A stretch of DNA of 32,000 nucleotides from Candidatus Iainarchaeum sp. (GCA_030649345.1 JAUSKK010000016.1:30001-62000), one strand, 5' to 3'; positions 14,900 to 23,283 are shown, counted from the first letter of the stretch. Made by a program: numbers and translations. Notes: generated by a model from the letters alone, not told the origin.

Positions 14900-15181
14900 T
14901 TATTTGACTTCAACACCAAACTTTGTTTTCAAAGCATCAATTAAATCTCGGACTTGTACTCCATTGGTTCTAGCAATTGCTTTAACTCTGCCTAAATTAA
15001 TTATACGTAAATCGCCTTTCACACTTTTCACTAAATTGGTGGCAGTTATAGCAACCTGAGAAGCGTACCGTTTGGGCACCCGATTCGCTCTGAGTTTCTT
15101 TACATCCAAGTGACGTGTAGTTCTTTTGGGTGTCAGCACTGGCTTTCCTTTAGGTCGAACTCTTCCAGCAGGCATATACAT
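14900..15181 (-). CDS. Small very basic protein (93 aa), possible nucleic-acid-binding
   Basis: MYMPAGRVRPKGKPVLTPKRTTRHLDVKKLRANRVPKRY.. followed by a helical-looking C-terminal half. No family recognised. Confidence 0.6.
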   Translation of the reverse strand: MYMPAGRVRPKGKPVLTPKRTTRHLDVKKLRANRVPKRYASQVAITATNLVKSVKGDLRIINLGRVKAIARTNGVQVRDLIDALKTKFGVEVK

Positions 15182-15209
15182 TTAGTTGTTCAGGTTCCCT
15201 AATATACTT

Positions 15210-16367
15210 ATGTCTAAAGAACAAAACTTAGTTCCGGCTTTAGAAATTCCGAATATTACTTTGGCTTTCTTGGTTCAAGAACTCCAGCCTCAATTATTGA
15301 ATGCCTATGTCAACAAAATCCAACAAATGTCCAATCAAATTCTTAAATTCAAAATTCACACAAAAACCGGAGATCGCACTTTATTAATTACATCCAATTC
15401 AATTTACTTTACCAATTATTCTACGCAAGCTAAACCCAATCCTACTTCATTTGCTTCTTTTTTAAACAAACACTTGTACAATGAACGCATTTTAAAATTT
15501 GAACAAATAACCAGCGAACGAATTATTGTACTTGAATTTCGTTCCTGTAAATTATATTGTGAATTGTTTGCGCAAGGAAACATTATTCTCACCGATTTAA
15601 ACAATCAAATTTTGATGCCATTCAAACCCAAATCTTGGAGTGTACGTACTCTCCGAAAAGGAGAAACCTATCAATTGCCTCCAGCCCGCGGTTCCAATCC
15701 ATTTACTGTTTCTGTCCAAGAATTTTCCAAAGCCATTCAAGCCAGTCCTAAAAATTTAGTTCAATCTTTAATTGCAACTGTCAATTTAGCTCCCGTAATT
15801 GCTGAACAAATTTGTGCGGATATAAAACTCGAAAAAACAATTCAACCCAATACTTTGACTTCCAAACAAATTCAATCCTTATTTCATCAACTGCAATTTT
15901 ATTACATCCAATCTTTGCAAAAAATACCCCAACCCAGCTTATTGGAAAACCCAACTAAAACTATTCTTTTACCTTATTCTTTGCCTTTACACGTTCAATT
16001 TGTATCCAAAGAATACACTTCTTTTACAGAAGCCTTGGATGAACTTAATTTAGGAAAAATTACTCAATCCAATCCTCAAGAAGTTGAAGAACAAAAAACT
16101 CAAACCAAAAAATTTTCAGAATTAGAATATTCCATTCAACAACAGCATGTTTTATTCAAAGAATGCGAAGAAAATGCTGTTCTGTATGCTCAATTGGGCG
16201 AAAAAATTTATGAAAATTATTCAGCTTTGTCTGAAGTAATTTTATGGATTCAAGAAAATACAAACCCGAAAATAAATTCCCCTGAAATTCTTGAAAAACT
16301 TAAGCAAAAATTTCCATTCATTCAAGAAATGGATCTCCGAAAAAAAGAATTAATTGTGGATCTATGA
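15210..16367 (+). CDS. NFACT-N domain protein (RqcH/Rqc2/FbpA family), short form of 385 aa
   Basis: Start set at ATG 15210 (the track start 15186 is TTG). 'FASFLNKHLYNERILKFEQITSERIIVLEFRSCKLYCELFAQGNIILTDLNNQILMPF...RTLRKGETYQLPP' matches the NFACT-N core (F...LRK.L.g..l..i.Q...DRI..l.F......L..ElfgkGNiiL.d....I). Followed by a Q/E/K-rich helical region. Confidence 0.75.
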   Translation: MSKEQNLVPALEIPNITLAFLVQELQPQLLNAYVNKIQQMSNQILKFKIHTKTGDRTLLITSNSIYFTNYSTQAKPNPTSFASFLNKHLYNERILKFEQITSERIIVLEFRSCKLYCELFAQGNIILTDLNNQILMPFKPKSWSVRTLRKGETYQLPPARGSNPFTVSVQEFSKAIQASPKNLVQSLIATVNLAPVIAEQICADIKLEKTIQPNTLTSKQIQSLFHQLQFYYIQSLQKIPQPSLLENPTKTILLPYSLPLHVQFVSKEYTSFTEALDELNLGKITQSNPQEVEEQKTQTKKFSELEYSIQQQHVLFKECEENAVLYAQLGEKIYENYSALSEVILWIQENTNPKINSPEILEKLKQKFPFIQEMDLRKKELIVDL

Positions 16368-16439
16368 AATAAACTATTTTATTTTAAAATAATATTATTC
16401 CTAAAAAAATTATTGAAATGAACCAAAATTAAATTTGAA

Positions 16440-16475
16440 TTCAATATGTTGAATATTAACATTCAACATATTGAA
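16440..16475. repeat. Perfect 15-bp-stem hairpin TTCAATATGTTGAAT-ATTAAC-ATTCAACATATTGAA (copy D of the GTTGAA/TTCAAC family)
   Basis: Read directly from the sequence. Lies between the convergent NFACT and PRC-barrel genes. Confidence 0.75.
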
Positions 16476-16495
16476 CTATGCAAGCCTTTGTATAT

Positions 16496-16762
16496 TTACT
16501 CTAAAGGACCAGCTAATTCTCGTTCATCTACAATAAAAACATCGCTTACTGCTGTGACAGCCGAGTAAGGTACTTCAATGGTTTTATCTCTTGGCTGAAT
16601 TTTTTTCACAATCTTACTGGTGCGATCTACTTCAATTAAAAGTTTTTCAATTTCACCGGTTTTTTCGTTAATTAATAAATCGGTTAATCTTCCCAATTCA
16701 TCGCCCCTATTGGTTATGACTCTTTTTGCAGCTAATTGTCTTGCAATCGTATATTTGTACAT
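16496..16762 (-). CDS. PRC-barrel domain protein, 88 aa
   Basis: 'RVITNRGDELGRLTDLLINEKTGEIEKLLIEV' is the typical PRC-barrel core. SD GGGGTGA 4 nt upstream of the ATG. Confidence 0.75.
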   Translation of the reverse strand: MYKYTIARQLAAKRVITNRGDELGRLTDLLINEKTGEIEKLLIEVDRTSKIVKKIQPRDKTIEVPYSAVTAVSDVFIVDERELAGPLE

Positions 16763-16843
16763 TGCTTCACCCCAATATCTAGAAAGAATCTTCTTTTTAT
16801 AAACTTTTCTATCTTTGCTTCTACATAAGAACCAGGGATTGAT

Positions 16844-17194
16844 TTGGCTAAAGATTTAAGTGCAAAAGAAGGCTTTCCGCCTGTTAAAGAAAAAAAGCCT
16901 TCAAACCCTAAAGGTTTCCAAAAATACCTAGTTATGTTTGTAGTGTTTTTTGCAATAGGTATTGCAGTTCAACACTTTGTAATTGAACCTATTTTAAATC
17001 CCCAACTATGGCAAGAATTGGATCAATTAAAACGAGATAAAGCCTTATTGAATGCAGAAAACAATTCTTGTCTTTCCGAAAAAGCTTTAACCTCTAACCA
17101 AGATCAAACCTGCCAAACTGAATTAAATGCCTGCAATGAACAAAGATTGCAAGTTCAGCAAGAATTAACGGATTGTACGCTCAATTCGCAATAA
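16844..17194 (+). CDS. Small membrane-anchored protein (116 aa from TTG, or 86 aa from ATG 16934), coiled-coil ectodomain with 4 Cys
   Basis: TM 'YLVMFVVFFAIGIAVQHFVI', then a Q/E/L-rich helix with CLSEK..CQTELNACNEQ..DC. TATA-like TTTTTATAAA at 16794-16803. Start codon uncertain. Confidence 0.55.
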   Translation: MAKDLSAKEGFPPVKEKKPSNPKGFQKYLVMFVVFFAIGIAVQHFVIEPILNPQLWQELDQLKRDKALLNAENNSCLSEKALTSNQDQTCQTELNACNEQRLQVQQELTDCTLNSQ

Positions 17195-17233
17195 CCAGCT
17201 TGTTTAAAAATTTTCTCTAGCCTAATTCTTTTA

Positions 17234-20200
17234 ATGGCTAAGAGAGTTGCGTTGCGCACAGTTCTATGCATAGCATTATTTTTCTTTAGCTTAGGCTGTT
17301 TGGACCAAAAAAATTTTGCAAAAAACCAACAGCTCTGTTACCAAGTGTCTGTTCTATCTTCACCCAATATTCCTTCATGCACTTCCCAATCTGCTTGTTT
17401 TGAAAAAGTTAATTCTTCTATTTTAAACTTTGATTACTCTGCATTTGATTTACAAATTACTCAAAAATTTTTTGAATACAAAAACCAGCTGGCTTTATCT
17501 TGGCATTATTTTAATCAATCCAAAAACGAATTTGAAAAACTTCAAACCCTGTGCCAATCTGCAGACTTTCAATCTCTGCCAGAACAATTAACTCAAATTA
17601 GTTTTTACTTAAATCAAGCATTTGAATCTGCCTTGAAAACCAATCGCATTTCTTTTGAAATCATTGCCTTGGAAGCATTCCTTTTAGAACAACAACACAT
17701 TGACTTAATTCCAGAAAGCAACCTGCACATACACTACACTATTTTATTGGATAATTTAAATCAAGCTCATTCTCAAATAATTATTCCCAATTCCTATTAC
17801 CAAAATTATTCGCAAGCCCTTCAAGAGTTTGAAAATTTTGCACAACTCCAAGGCTTCCAATCTTTTATTGCAGAACCTGTTACTTTTTTAGATTTATTCC
17901 ATATTTCGAGTCAGCGTTTTCCCAGTAAACTAAATTCTGAAGAACCTTTCTTTTTTCCAACTCTTAAAACATATGTTCCAAAAGTGTTCAATTTTGCCTA
18001 TCAATCCCAGCGCATTCAGGATTCAACTACTTTCCTTCAGCAGCTTCAATCCTTTGATTTAATTCAAAAATATTCACAAATCGCAGCAGTCCAAAATTCT
18101 GTGCCCTCCCAGTTTTCAATTCTTTTTTCCACTCTGGCGTATGAAAAATCTTTTACAATTTCGCAAAATCAAACTCAGTTTAAAATTCTCCAAACTAAAT
18201 TAAACGGTCTTGAACTGCGCTGGCAGTCGTTTCAAGAACTAGACTTTAATCGAACATTTCCTGTTCTGTTTTCCTCCATAAATTCAAAATTGATTCAGCT
18301 CCAAGACAAAATTATGCGAAAACGAATTACTTTCGGTGAAGCTTCCAAAATTATTTCCAATTTATCCAGTAATCTTTCCGGAATAGATCAAAAACTTTCT
18401 TTTTGGTCTTCCGCGATCCAACAAGAACTTTCCAATTGTTCGGAGATTCCCAAAAATGTTTCGCTTAAAGAAAAACTTTGGATTTGCAGAAATCCACCCA
18501 AACCTTTGCTGGAAGTGTCTAAACAATCTATGCATTGCTTAAACGATTGGAATTTACTGCAAAACATTGACTGGATTCAACGCAAACTTGATTTAGATTT
18601 CAAAACAATTTCCTATTCTGGCTGTCCGCAAACACTTTTTTTGCGTTTAACTCAAATTCATTCTTGGCCGGAAATTCAAAATCTACTTTTAATTCGAACA
18701 GAATTTTTAACCTTATTAGAACAAACGCAACCACTCCGGCCTTTTCTTTCGGAAACACTGCGTATGCGATTTCAAGCACTTGAAAAAAAAACTTCAGAAT
18801 TTGAAGTTAATTTTTTTGAAAATAAAATTTCCATTCAAGGTCTTCAAATTTTTTCAACACTTCCTTCTCTTCTGTTGAAACTCCACCAAGAACTTTTAGA
18901 TTTGTCTGCAGAAAGTTTAGCATACTATTTTTCTCAAAATCCAATCTTGGAATTTTCTCCAACATACACTCAAGGTAAACTTAAATTTGAAAACTCTTTT
19001 TTTGATTTAAATTATCCAGTTCAATTTTCCATTCCTTGGCCTTTGTCCATTTTAGATTTAGATTTAAATTCTATGAATTCCAGTAAAATTCAAATCAGCA
19101 AAGATCATTCTAAAATTACGTTTATTTTTCCCCAAATTTCCATGGGAACGTTATCCATTCCTTTTTTTGGAAATACGTCAGCATTTTTTTCCGAAAATGT
19201 GTCTTTTTTGAAAATAACTTCAGAAGAACTCTTGATGAAAAATCAATTAAAAATCCATCAAACCATTCAGCCAGCTAATTTTTTGGTTGCACTTTCCAAT
19301 TTTGATTTATCCATAAATCAAGTATTTGTTTTCTTTAATCAATCCAGTATTCCAGCTTACGCTGAAAATAATTCTTTAAAATTTTCACTTCCAGTGGTTT
19401 CTGCTCAAGATACTTTAGAAATCTTATATTCTTTAAATCAGCCAATACTCGTAACTATTCAATCGCAACAAAACATTCCGGAAAATACCCCAAAGTTTAC
19501 TCAAATTTTGACTTTTTCTGTTCAAAACAAAAGTTCTACTGAATTTTCGAATATTCAAATTACTCTGCCATTTTCTTCCAATCCGTTCATTGAATCCATT
19601 TCTGCTTTTTCTGAAAACGAAAAAATTCCAGTGCAAATGCATTCAGATAGTCTTTCCATTATTTTTCCAAAACTTTATCCTAAAGCGCAAGCTGTTTTTT
19701 CTGTAAATTTGGACATCGAAAACCGTTCTCAATTTTTTCAAGCACGCATAACTGAACTCGAAGAAAAATCACTCCAGCTTCAAAATCCAGAAATGTATTC
19801 TATGCAAATACTGGCATTTAAACAAAAACAAGGATTGTCTGAAGATTTTGACCAATTATTGGCATTGGAAAAACAAATTCAAATTTCTCTGGAAACCGAA
19901 ATTAAAAATCAAGAATTTTTAGATCAATTTCGTTTTAAAGAAAATTTGTTTTTAATCCAGCAAAAAAATTTGACTCATGACTTTAATTTACTGAACCAGT
20001 CTTTACCGATTGAGTTTCAGCAAGCTCAGCAATTCTATCAAGACGCACGCTCCAGTTTAAATTCTGATCCAGTTCAATCTATGCGCTGGCTAACCCAAGC
20101 TCAAATAACTTTAAATAAAATAAATTTTGAAACCTACTTTAAGTCAACTCAGCAGGTATTGGAAGAAAAATTTCTGGAATTAAAACAAGTCCACGAATTT

Positions 20201-21043
20201 CTTGCAAGTCTGAATATTTTAGATTCCAGTGAAACAACATTGTTTTTTTCTCTTCAAGACAAAATCCAATTCATTTCTTCTGTTCAAATCATTCAATCTT
20301 CTTTTTACGATGTATTTAAAGAATTTTTTTCCAACTCTCAAGACTTGAATTTAACCCAAATACGTTTGCTGAAAACAGCTCAAGCTCATGCTGGGACTGA
20401 AATTAAAAAATTTCGTACTCTGCTGGAGTTTCCAGAATTACCTAAACTTAAAGCAGAACTGGAAGCTGTTCAGTCTCATTCTTGGTTGTCGGATTATTAT
20501 TTTCCTTTGTTAACTCTTAAAGATTTAGATTTAATGCAAACCACTATAGACAAAATTATTCAAAGTTCTTTGTTTTCCAAATTGGAATCTTTTGAAAATG
20601 ATCTTGAAACCAATATGCTGCAAGCCTTGAAAGCTTTTCATAAAATTGAACCAGAATTAATTCAAAAAATTCAATTAATGGAGTCATTTCAATTTTCGCT
20701 GCGTTCTTTTTCTGCAGAATTGCAAAAAGACGCTATGCTTTTTTATGAAAAAGCTCAAGCAACAGGATTAGATACTGCTGAATTCAAAACTGCTTTAGAT
20801 AAAGCCAAACGCTTAATTGAAAATAAAAATTACTTGAAATCTATTTCCATTACAGGTTTACTAACTACAGTTCCATCTTCTTCTGTTTTTCCCATTCATT
20901 GGGTTTTATTATTTTGCGTTTTATTGATTACCTCATTTTTAGGATATAAAAAAATAACGCAACCCAAACTTAAAAAAAGAAAACGCAAATTGCGTTCTTT
21001 ACTTTCGAGTCCAAAGAACAATCAAGATAGCCAAAGCCACTAA
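17234..21043 (+). CDS. Giant surface protein, 1269 aa: lipobox signal peptide, long helical Q/S/F/L-rich ectodomain with a central beta-sandwich-like segment, C-terminal TM anchor plus basic tail
   Basis: MAKRVALRTVLCIALFFFSLG/CLDQ (lipobox). C-terminal 'VFPIHWVLLFCVLLITSFLGY' followed by 'KKITQPKLKKRKRKLR'. An uninterrupted 3.8-kb ORF in an AT-rich genome. Confidence 0.85.
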   Translation: MAKRVALRTVLCIALFFFSLGCLDQKNFAKNQQLCYQVSVLSSPNIPSCTSQSACFEKVNSSILNFDYSAFDLQITQKFFEYKNQLALSWHYFNQSKNEFEKLQTLCQSADFQSLPEQLTQISFYLNQAFESALKTNRISFEIIALEAFLLEQQHIDLIPESNLHIHYTILLDNLNQAHSQIIIPNSYYQNYSQALQEFENFAQLQGFQSFIAEPVTFLDLFHISSQRFPSKLNSEEPFFFPTLKTYVPKVFNFAYQSQRIQDSTTFLQQLQSFDLIQKYSQIAAVQNSVPSQFSILFSTLAYEKSFTISQNQTQFKILQTKLNGLELRWQSFQELDFNRTFPVLFSSINSKLIQLQDKIMRKRITFGEASKIISNLSSNLSGIDQKLSFWSSAIQQELSNCSEIPKNVSLKEKLWICRNPPKPLLEVSKQSMHCLNDWNLLQNIDWIQRKLDLDFKTISYSGCPQTLFLRLTQIHSWPEIQNLLLIRTEFLTLLEQTQPLRPFLSETLRMRFQALEKKTSEFEVNFFENKISIQGLQIFSTLPSLLLKLHQELLDLSAESLAYYFSQNPILEFSPTYTQGKLKFENSFFDLNYPVQFSIPWPLSILDLDLNSMNSSKIQISKDHSKITFIFPQISMGTLSIPFFGNTSAFFSENVSFLKITSEELLMKNQLKIHQTIQPANFLVALSNFDLSINQVFVFFNQSSIPAYAENNSLKFSLPVVSAQDTLEILYSLNQPILVTIQSQQNIPENTPKFTQILTFSVQNKSSTEFSNIQITLPFSSNPFIESISAFSENEKIPVQMHSDSLSIIFPKLYPKAQAVFSVNLDIENRSQFFQARITELEEKSLQLQNPEMYSMQILAFKQKQGLSEDFDQLLALEKQIQISLETEIKNQEFLDQFRFKENLFLIQQKNLTHDFNLLNQSLPIEFQQAQQFYQDARSSLNSDPVQSMRWLTQAQITLNKINFETYFKSTQQVLEEKFLELKQVHEFLASLNILDSSETTLFFSLQDKIQFISSVQIIQSSFYDVFKEFFSNSQDLNLTQIRLLKTAQAHAGTEIKKFRTLLEFPELPKLKAELEAVQSHSWLSDYYFPLLTLKDLDLMQTTIDKIIQSSLFSKLESFENDLETNMLQALKAFHKIEPELIQKIQLMESFQFSLRSFSAELQKDAMLFYEKAQATGLDTAEFKTALDKAKRLIENKNYLKSISITGLLTTVPSSSVFPIHWVLLFCVLLITSFLGYKKITQPKLKKRKRKLRSLLSSPKNNQDSQSH

Positions 21044-22219
21044 ACCCAAAATTGCACCCTGCATTAATAAAAGAGCTGTGGTATTTTCTCGGAATCCAAT
21101 GCTTACTGGTTCACAGGCCGCTAAAACTTTCTCGTTTTCAGTAATTTGGCAGCCTACTTGATAGTTTCCAGTTTGAGTACTGCTGGCTGTGAATACAATT
21201 TCTTTTTCTTCGCCTACATTCATGCGGTTAATATTCACTATTGCATTCCGATCCAATTTTAAATTTTCGTTGTCTTGAATTAATTCAAATTTTAAATCAA
21301 ATAAAGGCTGGGTTGAATTGTTTCGAATAACTGCTTTAATTTCTGTATTTTCTGAAGTATTTAAAACTGCCTGCGTAACCAGCAGTCCGGAAGTTACTTC
21401 TATTTTTTCCACAATTTGCAATAAAATATAATTGGAATGCAATTCTTGCTGTTCTTCAAACACATTGGTGTACAATAAAATAGCTGGAACAAATCCAATC
21501 AAATCATGCTGAGAATTTAATTTGGCAGTATACGTAAATGTTTTGCTTCCTTTAGCTGGAATCACTGCGTTTTCATAATACGTGTCTCCAACCACAGTTA
21601 AATCATGCAAGTATTCTTCAGCTACTGGTCGTGCAAAATTTACGTCTACAACAGCATCCTGGCTGCCTGTATTGGTTACTGTAATTTCAATAGGAATATC
21701 TTCTCCCACAAAATACTTTCCATTTTCTGTACTTTGCGTAAAATTCACAGTTTGAATAATGGGTGTTTTATAAAATCCAATTTTTGAAGACTCCAATAAA
21801 ACAGCTTTCGTAATACTGTCGCTGGTGCTCAAACATATTTCTAAAGTATTTTCTTCTTGAATTGCGTTTTGGTCTGCCCAAACTCTTAAAGTACAAGCTG
21901 AATCTTCGGAACAATTCATTAATTCGTTGCTGGTTTGTACATTCATTAATTCAATATTATTTAATTTTACTTTTATTGTTCCAGTTCCTTGACGGGTTGG
22001 AGTAAATACTGTATTCAAAGAAAATACAGGATAAAAATCCGCGTCCAAATTTTGACTTAAAAAAGAAACTTCCAAACAATCGGAAAGATTTTTTCCATCG
22101 ATCACTAAATCAGAATATCCTTTTTCTTCAAATGAAGTTTCAGAAAAATCAATCTGAGCACTAACCAGGCCACTTAAACTAATTAAACATAACAAAAAAA
22201 CAATAAATTTTCTATTCAT
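20999..22219 (-). CDS. Surface protein, 406 aa: signal peptide, CARDB/S-layer-like beta-sandwich repeats, C-terminal TM anchor
   Basis: MNRKFIVFLLCLISLSGLVSA/QIDF. Segments 'IEITVTNTGSQDAVVDVNF' and 'IKAVIRNNSTQPLFDLKFEL' resemble CARDB/COG1361-type domains. C-terminal 'LLLMQGAILGLVALAILIVLWTRK'. Confidence 0.8.
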   Translation of the reverse strand: MNRKFIVFLLCLISLSGLVSAQIDFSETSFEEKGYSDLVIDGKNLSDCLEVSFLSQNLDADFYPVFSLNTVFTPTRQGTGTIKVKLNNIELMNVQTSNELMNCSEDSACTLRVWADQNAIQEENTLEICLSTSDSITKAVLLESSKIGFYKTPIIQTVNFTQSTENGKYFVGEDIPIEITVTNTGSQDAVVDVNFARPVAEEYLHDLTVVGDTYYENAVIPAKGSKTFTYTAKLNSQHDLIGFVPAILLYTNVFEEQQELHSNYILLQIVEKIEVTSGLLVTQAVLNTSENTEIKAVIRNNSTQPLFDLKFELIQDNENLKLDRNAIVNINRMNVGEEKEIVFTASSTQTGNYQVGCQITENEKVLAACEPVSIGFRENTTALLLMQGAILGLVALAILIVLWTRK

Positions 22220-22240
22220 TCTAAATTGCCCCTTGGAATT

Positions 22241-22741
22241 TTAAAAGCTTTTCAAGAGCTTTTGTTTCCCCAATACTAATAGTATTTTACCAAGCGTTTC
22301 TTTTATACTATTATTGTTTTGCACGCAAACAACCTTTTTGGTGCCATATTTTCGTAAAGCATGCTTTTTACAATACTCTATGCCTTCACAAAAAACATTG
22401 TCCAATAATTTTTCCATTTTATACTGTTTGTATTCTAGTCTTTGCTCTAATAACTCTGGATGAACTTGCAAGACAATCGCTAAATCTACAGGTAACTTAA
22501 TTTCGCAAACCATATGCCCTTCAATTACATAGTTTTTCAAGCCTTTAACCTGTTTTTCCAAAGCTTTCTTGAGTTTAGGCAAAGGAACTACTAACTCATT
22601 TTCTACAGTATCCCAGTGTCCAATATTTTGTTTTACAGATACTTCCATTTCATTAAAGTATTTGAGTTTCAGTTCTTTAGCTAAAGCTCGAGCAATAGTT
22701 GTTTTTCCTGTGCCTGGAGTTCCAGTAATTAAAAGACGCAT
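22241..22741 (-). CDS. Fap7/AK6-type adenylate kinase-like NTPase (small-subunit ribosome maturation factor family)
   Basis: P-loop 'ITGTPGTGKTT' at residues 5-15, 'VIEGH' and 'IVLQVHPELLEQRLEYKQY...LDNVFCE' as in archaeal Fap7 homologs. 166 aa. Confidence 0.7.
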   Translation of the reverse strand: MRLLITGTPGTGKTTIARALAKELKLKYFNEMEVSVKQNIGHWDTVENELVVPLPKLKKALEKQVKGLKNYVIEGHMVCEIKLPVDLAIVLQVHPELLEQRLEYKQYKMEKLLDNVFCEGIEYCKKHALRKYGTKKVVCVQNNNSIKETLGKILLVLGKQKLLKSF

Positions 22742-22799
22742 ATTGAATTAATTAAAGAAGGAATTAAAGAACAAATGGCTATTGCCTAAACTCTAGGTA

Positions 22800-23183
22800 T
22801 TATTTGCGAGTTTTCTTTCGACTGCCTGGGCCATATTTTGGATTCCAGTCTGCTTGTGTTGAAAGGCTTCCCTGAGTTAATCTTTCACTTTTTTCTCTAA
22901 CCTCTTCATAAGAAAGTGGTTTTTTACCACGGCTAACCAAGCGACCCTTTTCTAATTTAAGTTCATGTGGTTTAAGAAAACGATCAAAAGCTCTCAAATC
23001 AGATGCACGCTCAGCAGGTCCTGTGTGTGTAGTAAAACGATTTCCTTTATTTCTTACTGATATATAATGAACCTGAGCCGAAACTCTGCCTCCACTAGTT
23101 CCACGGTCTGTAATTGTTGCACTCAAACGTCCGCCTGCTTTTCTTCTATTTGCAGTTGGTTTTTTTCTAAGTAAAGGTTTCAT
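22800..23183 (-). CDS. Hypothetical basic protein, 127 aa
   Basis: Start set at ATG 23183 because a perfect SD AGGTGA (23194-23189, minus strand) lies 5 nt upstream. The track start 23192 is the GTG inside that SD. Sequence MKPLLRKKPTANRRKAGGRLSATITDRGTSGGRVSAQVHY.. Confidence 0.65.
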   Translation of the reverse strand: MKPLLRKKPTANRRKAGGRLSATITDRGTSGGRVSAQVHYISVRNKGNRFTTHTGPAERASDLRAFDRFLKPHELKLEKGRLVSRGKKPLSYEEVREKSERLTQGSLSTQADWNPKYGPGSRKKTRK

Positions 23184-23188
23184 AAGTT

Positions 23189-23194
23189 TCACCT
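23189..23194 (-). promoter_or_regulatory. Shine-Dalgarno AGGTGA, 5 nt upstream of ATG 23183
   Basis: Complementary to the conserved archaeal 16S 3' end (..UCACCU..). Similar GGAGG/GGTGA motifs precede the FKBP, aCPSF1, PRC-barrel and gap genes. Confidence 0.5.
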
Positions 23195-23243
23195 AAATAC
23201 AATGCCTTAATTAGATTTAATTCTAACTTTTTCGAAACTAATA

Positions 23244-23269
23244 GGGGCTTGGTAGGGGGGAATATGGGG
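23244..23269 (+). other. G-run tract GGGGcttGGtaGGGGGGaatatGGGG (C-runs on the minus strand)
   Basis: 16 G in 26 nt within an AT-rich genome. Lies 61-86 nt upstream of the 127-aa gene ATG, on the template strand. Confidence 0.5.
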
Positions 23270-23283
23270 TGAATAGCAAAACA

